Assembly: GCF_006345805.1 (NCBI RefSeq) | Contig: NC_043003.1 | Coordinates: forward strand, 30,380,001 to 30,444,000 | DNA: 64,000 bases | Direction of reading: 5' to 3' | Origin: Octopus sinensis | Taxonomy: Eukaryota | Shown here: positions 62,286-64,000 of the stretch, piece after piece | Layout of the letters: every line of letters starts with the position of its first letter | How positions within the stretch are numbered: position 1 is the stretch's first letter | Program-made: the position numbers and the translations under genes | The notes under the pieces: generated by a model | Told to the model about the DNA's origin: nothing | Database searches by the model: none | Seen by the model: the letters and a program-made list of their open reading frames with translations, nothing else

Positions 62286-62630
62286 AGACACAGGAATAGC
62301 TGTGTCGTAAGTAGCTGGCTTACCAACCTCATGGTTTCAGGTTCAGTCCCACTGCATGACACCTTGGACAAGTGTCTTCTACTATAGCCTCAGGCCGACC
62401 AAAGCCTTGTGAGTGGATTTGTTAGATGGAAAATGAAAGAAGCCTGTTGTATATATATATGTGTGTGTATCTGTGTCTGTCCCCTCAACATCGCTTGACA
62501 ACCAATGCCGGTGTGTTTACGTCCCTATAACCTAGCAGTTTGGCAAAAGAAACCAATAGAATAAGTCCTGGGATCGATTTTCTCAACTAAAGGCAGTGCT
62601 CCAGCATGGCTACAGTTAAATGACCAAAAG
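62286..62630 (+). mobile_element. Full-length tRNA-SINE family A abutting the ZNF5 stop codon
   Basis: A-box-like tagctgtgtcgtaa, B box ggttcagtccc (about 62340-62350), 3' end aaatgaccaaaag; candidate TSD AATAT at 62281-62285 and 62631-62635. Confidence 0.85.
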
Positions 62631-62634
62631 AATA

Positions 62635-63918
62635 TCATTGATGGGGTTTCTTCTTTGAGTGAGTATGTCTATGTGAAGACAAATTAGATCTTTGAAAAAT
62701 TGTTTTACCACAGATATCACAGCAGTATGGTTTTTCGCCTGTGTGGATGCGTTTGTGGGAAGATAAATTAACACTTTTGGAAAATGCTTTACCACATATA
62801 TCACAATGGTATGGTTTTTCTCTTGTATGAATATATTTATGGCATGATAAATGACCTCTTTGAGAAAATGTTTTACCACAGATATCACAGTGGTATGGTT
62901 TCTCTCCTGTGTGAATATGTCTGTGGCAAGACAAATGGCCAATTCTAGAAAATGTCTCACCACAGATATCACAGTGATATGGTTTCTCTCCGATATGGAT
63001 ACGTTTGTGAGAAGATAAGCAGCCAGTTTGGGAGAACGTTTTGCCACAGATGTTGCAATCATATGGTTTCCCTCCTGAGTGGATGCGTTTATGGGAATAT
63101 AAATTACTACTTCTAGCAAATGTTTTGCCACAGATAGCACAGGGGTATGGCCTCTCTCCAGTATGAATATATTTGTGTTGAGATAAATGACCACTTTCAG
63201 AGAATGTTTTACCACAGCTATCACACTGATATGGTTTCTCTCCTGTGTGAATACATTTGTGTCGGTACAAATGAGAACTTCTAGAAAATTTTTCACCACA
63301 AACATCACAACCATAAGGTTTCTCCCCTGTGTGAATACACTTATGTTCAGATAAATAACCTCTCTGACAAAATGTTTTACCACAGGTATCACACTGATAT
63401 GGTCTTTCTCCTGTGTGAATATATGTATGACGAGATAAATGGCCCTTTTGAGAGAATGTTTTGCCACAAATATCACAGTGATATGGTTTCTCACCAGTAT
63501 GAGTGTGCTTGTGTTGAGAGAAATGTGAATTTCTAGAAAATGTTTCACCACATATATCACAATGGTAAGTTTTTTCTCCAGTGTGAATTCGCCTGTGTTC
63601 AGATAAATGACCCCTTTGAGAGAATGTTTTACCACAGCTGTCACAGTGGTATGGCCTCTCTTCAGTATGAATACGTATATGGTGCAATAATACATTGCTT
63701 GTAGTGAATATTTTACCACAAACCTCACAATGGTATTGCTTTAACACTGAGTGAATTAATTTATGCTGATTTAAACTATTTTCTACTGTAAATAACTTCC
63801 CACAGATGTCACAACAGAGTGATTTCTCTTCTGTATTTTCCTGTATCTGATCAAATATATCAATAGTTTCAGTTTCTGTTCTACTCATAACCAGGTTATC
63901 ACATAATTTCTCCTCCAT
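62635..63918 (-). CDS. Poly-C2H2 zinc-finger protein ZNF5, 427 aa, 14 fingers, inverted relative to the other five genes
   Basis: Intact ORF; start context aaagtcATGGAG; shares 29 identical nt (cagatacaggaaaatacagaagagaaatc, [10 protein letters not shown]) with ZNF4. Confidence 0.93.
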   Translation of the reverse strand: MEEKLCDNLVMSRTETETIDIFDQIQENTEEKSLCCDICGKLFTVENSLNQHKLIHSVLKQYHCEVCGKIFTTSNVLLHHIRIHTEERPYHCDSCGKTFSQRGHLSEHRRIHTGEKTYHCDICGETFSRNSHFSQHKHTHTGEKPYHCDICGKTFSQKGHLSRHTYIHTGERPYQCDTCGKTFCQRGYLSEHKCIHTGEKPYGCDVCGEKFSRSSHLYRHKCIHTGEKPYQCDSCGKTFSESGHLSQHKYIHTGERPYPCAICGKTFARSSNLYSHKRIHSGGKPYDCNICGKTFSQTGCLSSHKRIHIGEKPYHCDICGETFSRIGHLSCHRHIHTGEKPYHCDICGKTFSQRGHLSCHKYIHTREKPYHCDICGKAFSKSVNLSSHKRIHTGEKPYCCDICGKTIFQRSNLSSHRHTHSKKKPHQ

Positions 63919-64000
63919 GACTTTCTCTTTAAATTTACTGTTTTCTTTGTATATTCATAATAGAAATATATCTATATCTATATTTACTTTCCCACTCTGA

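Noticed and set aside
62616-63728. 370-aa ORF overlapping ZNF5 in a shifted frame on the same strand
   Set aside because: It is the +1 frame of the finger repeat (TQERNH pattern), which is stop-poor because of finger codon usage; similar shorter ORFs overlap ZNF2 and ZNF4. It starts at GTG and nothing supports independent coding.

Overview
AT-rich eukaryotic (animal) genomic DNA, very probably from an octopus. This is inferred from the tandem TGEKPY-linked C2H2 genes without KRAB/ZAD/BTB domains and from the repeat families; no database search was run. The window holds a tandem cluster of six poly-C2H2 zinc-finger genes, here ZNF0-ZNF5: the 3' end of one at 3-71, then single-coding-exon ORFs at 8444-9844 (+), 23379-24356 (+), 41577-42236 (+), 51354-52355 (+) and 62635-63918 (-). 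They sit among dense transposon remains: Ty3/Gypsy, CR1, RTE, R4/Dong, Penelope-like, Tc1/mariner (DD34D, DD34E, DD37D), pogo/Tigger MITE, hAT, probable piggyBac, a Helitron, several SINE families and foldback elements. No prokaryotic features, CRISPR arrays, rRNA or true tRNA genes were seen. The most interesting signals are in the ZNF paralogs. (1) A positionally conserved 4-codon uORF (M-T/V-L-R/N-stop) follows a conserved splice acceptor in three paralogs. (2) Every finger that lost its last His carries a Cys at H+2, a codon matching CpG decay of CGT. (3) ZNF2-5 share an acidic leader plus two atypical N-terminal fingers. (4) ZNF2-4 share an amber stop, and all five complete genes have fossil fingers after the stop. 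(5) ZNF1 has three nucleotide-identical fingers. All alignments and counts were made by eye; repeat boundaries are approximate.
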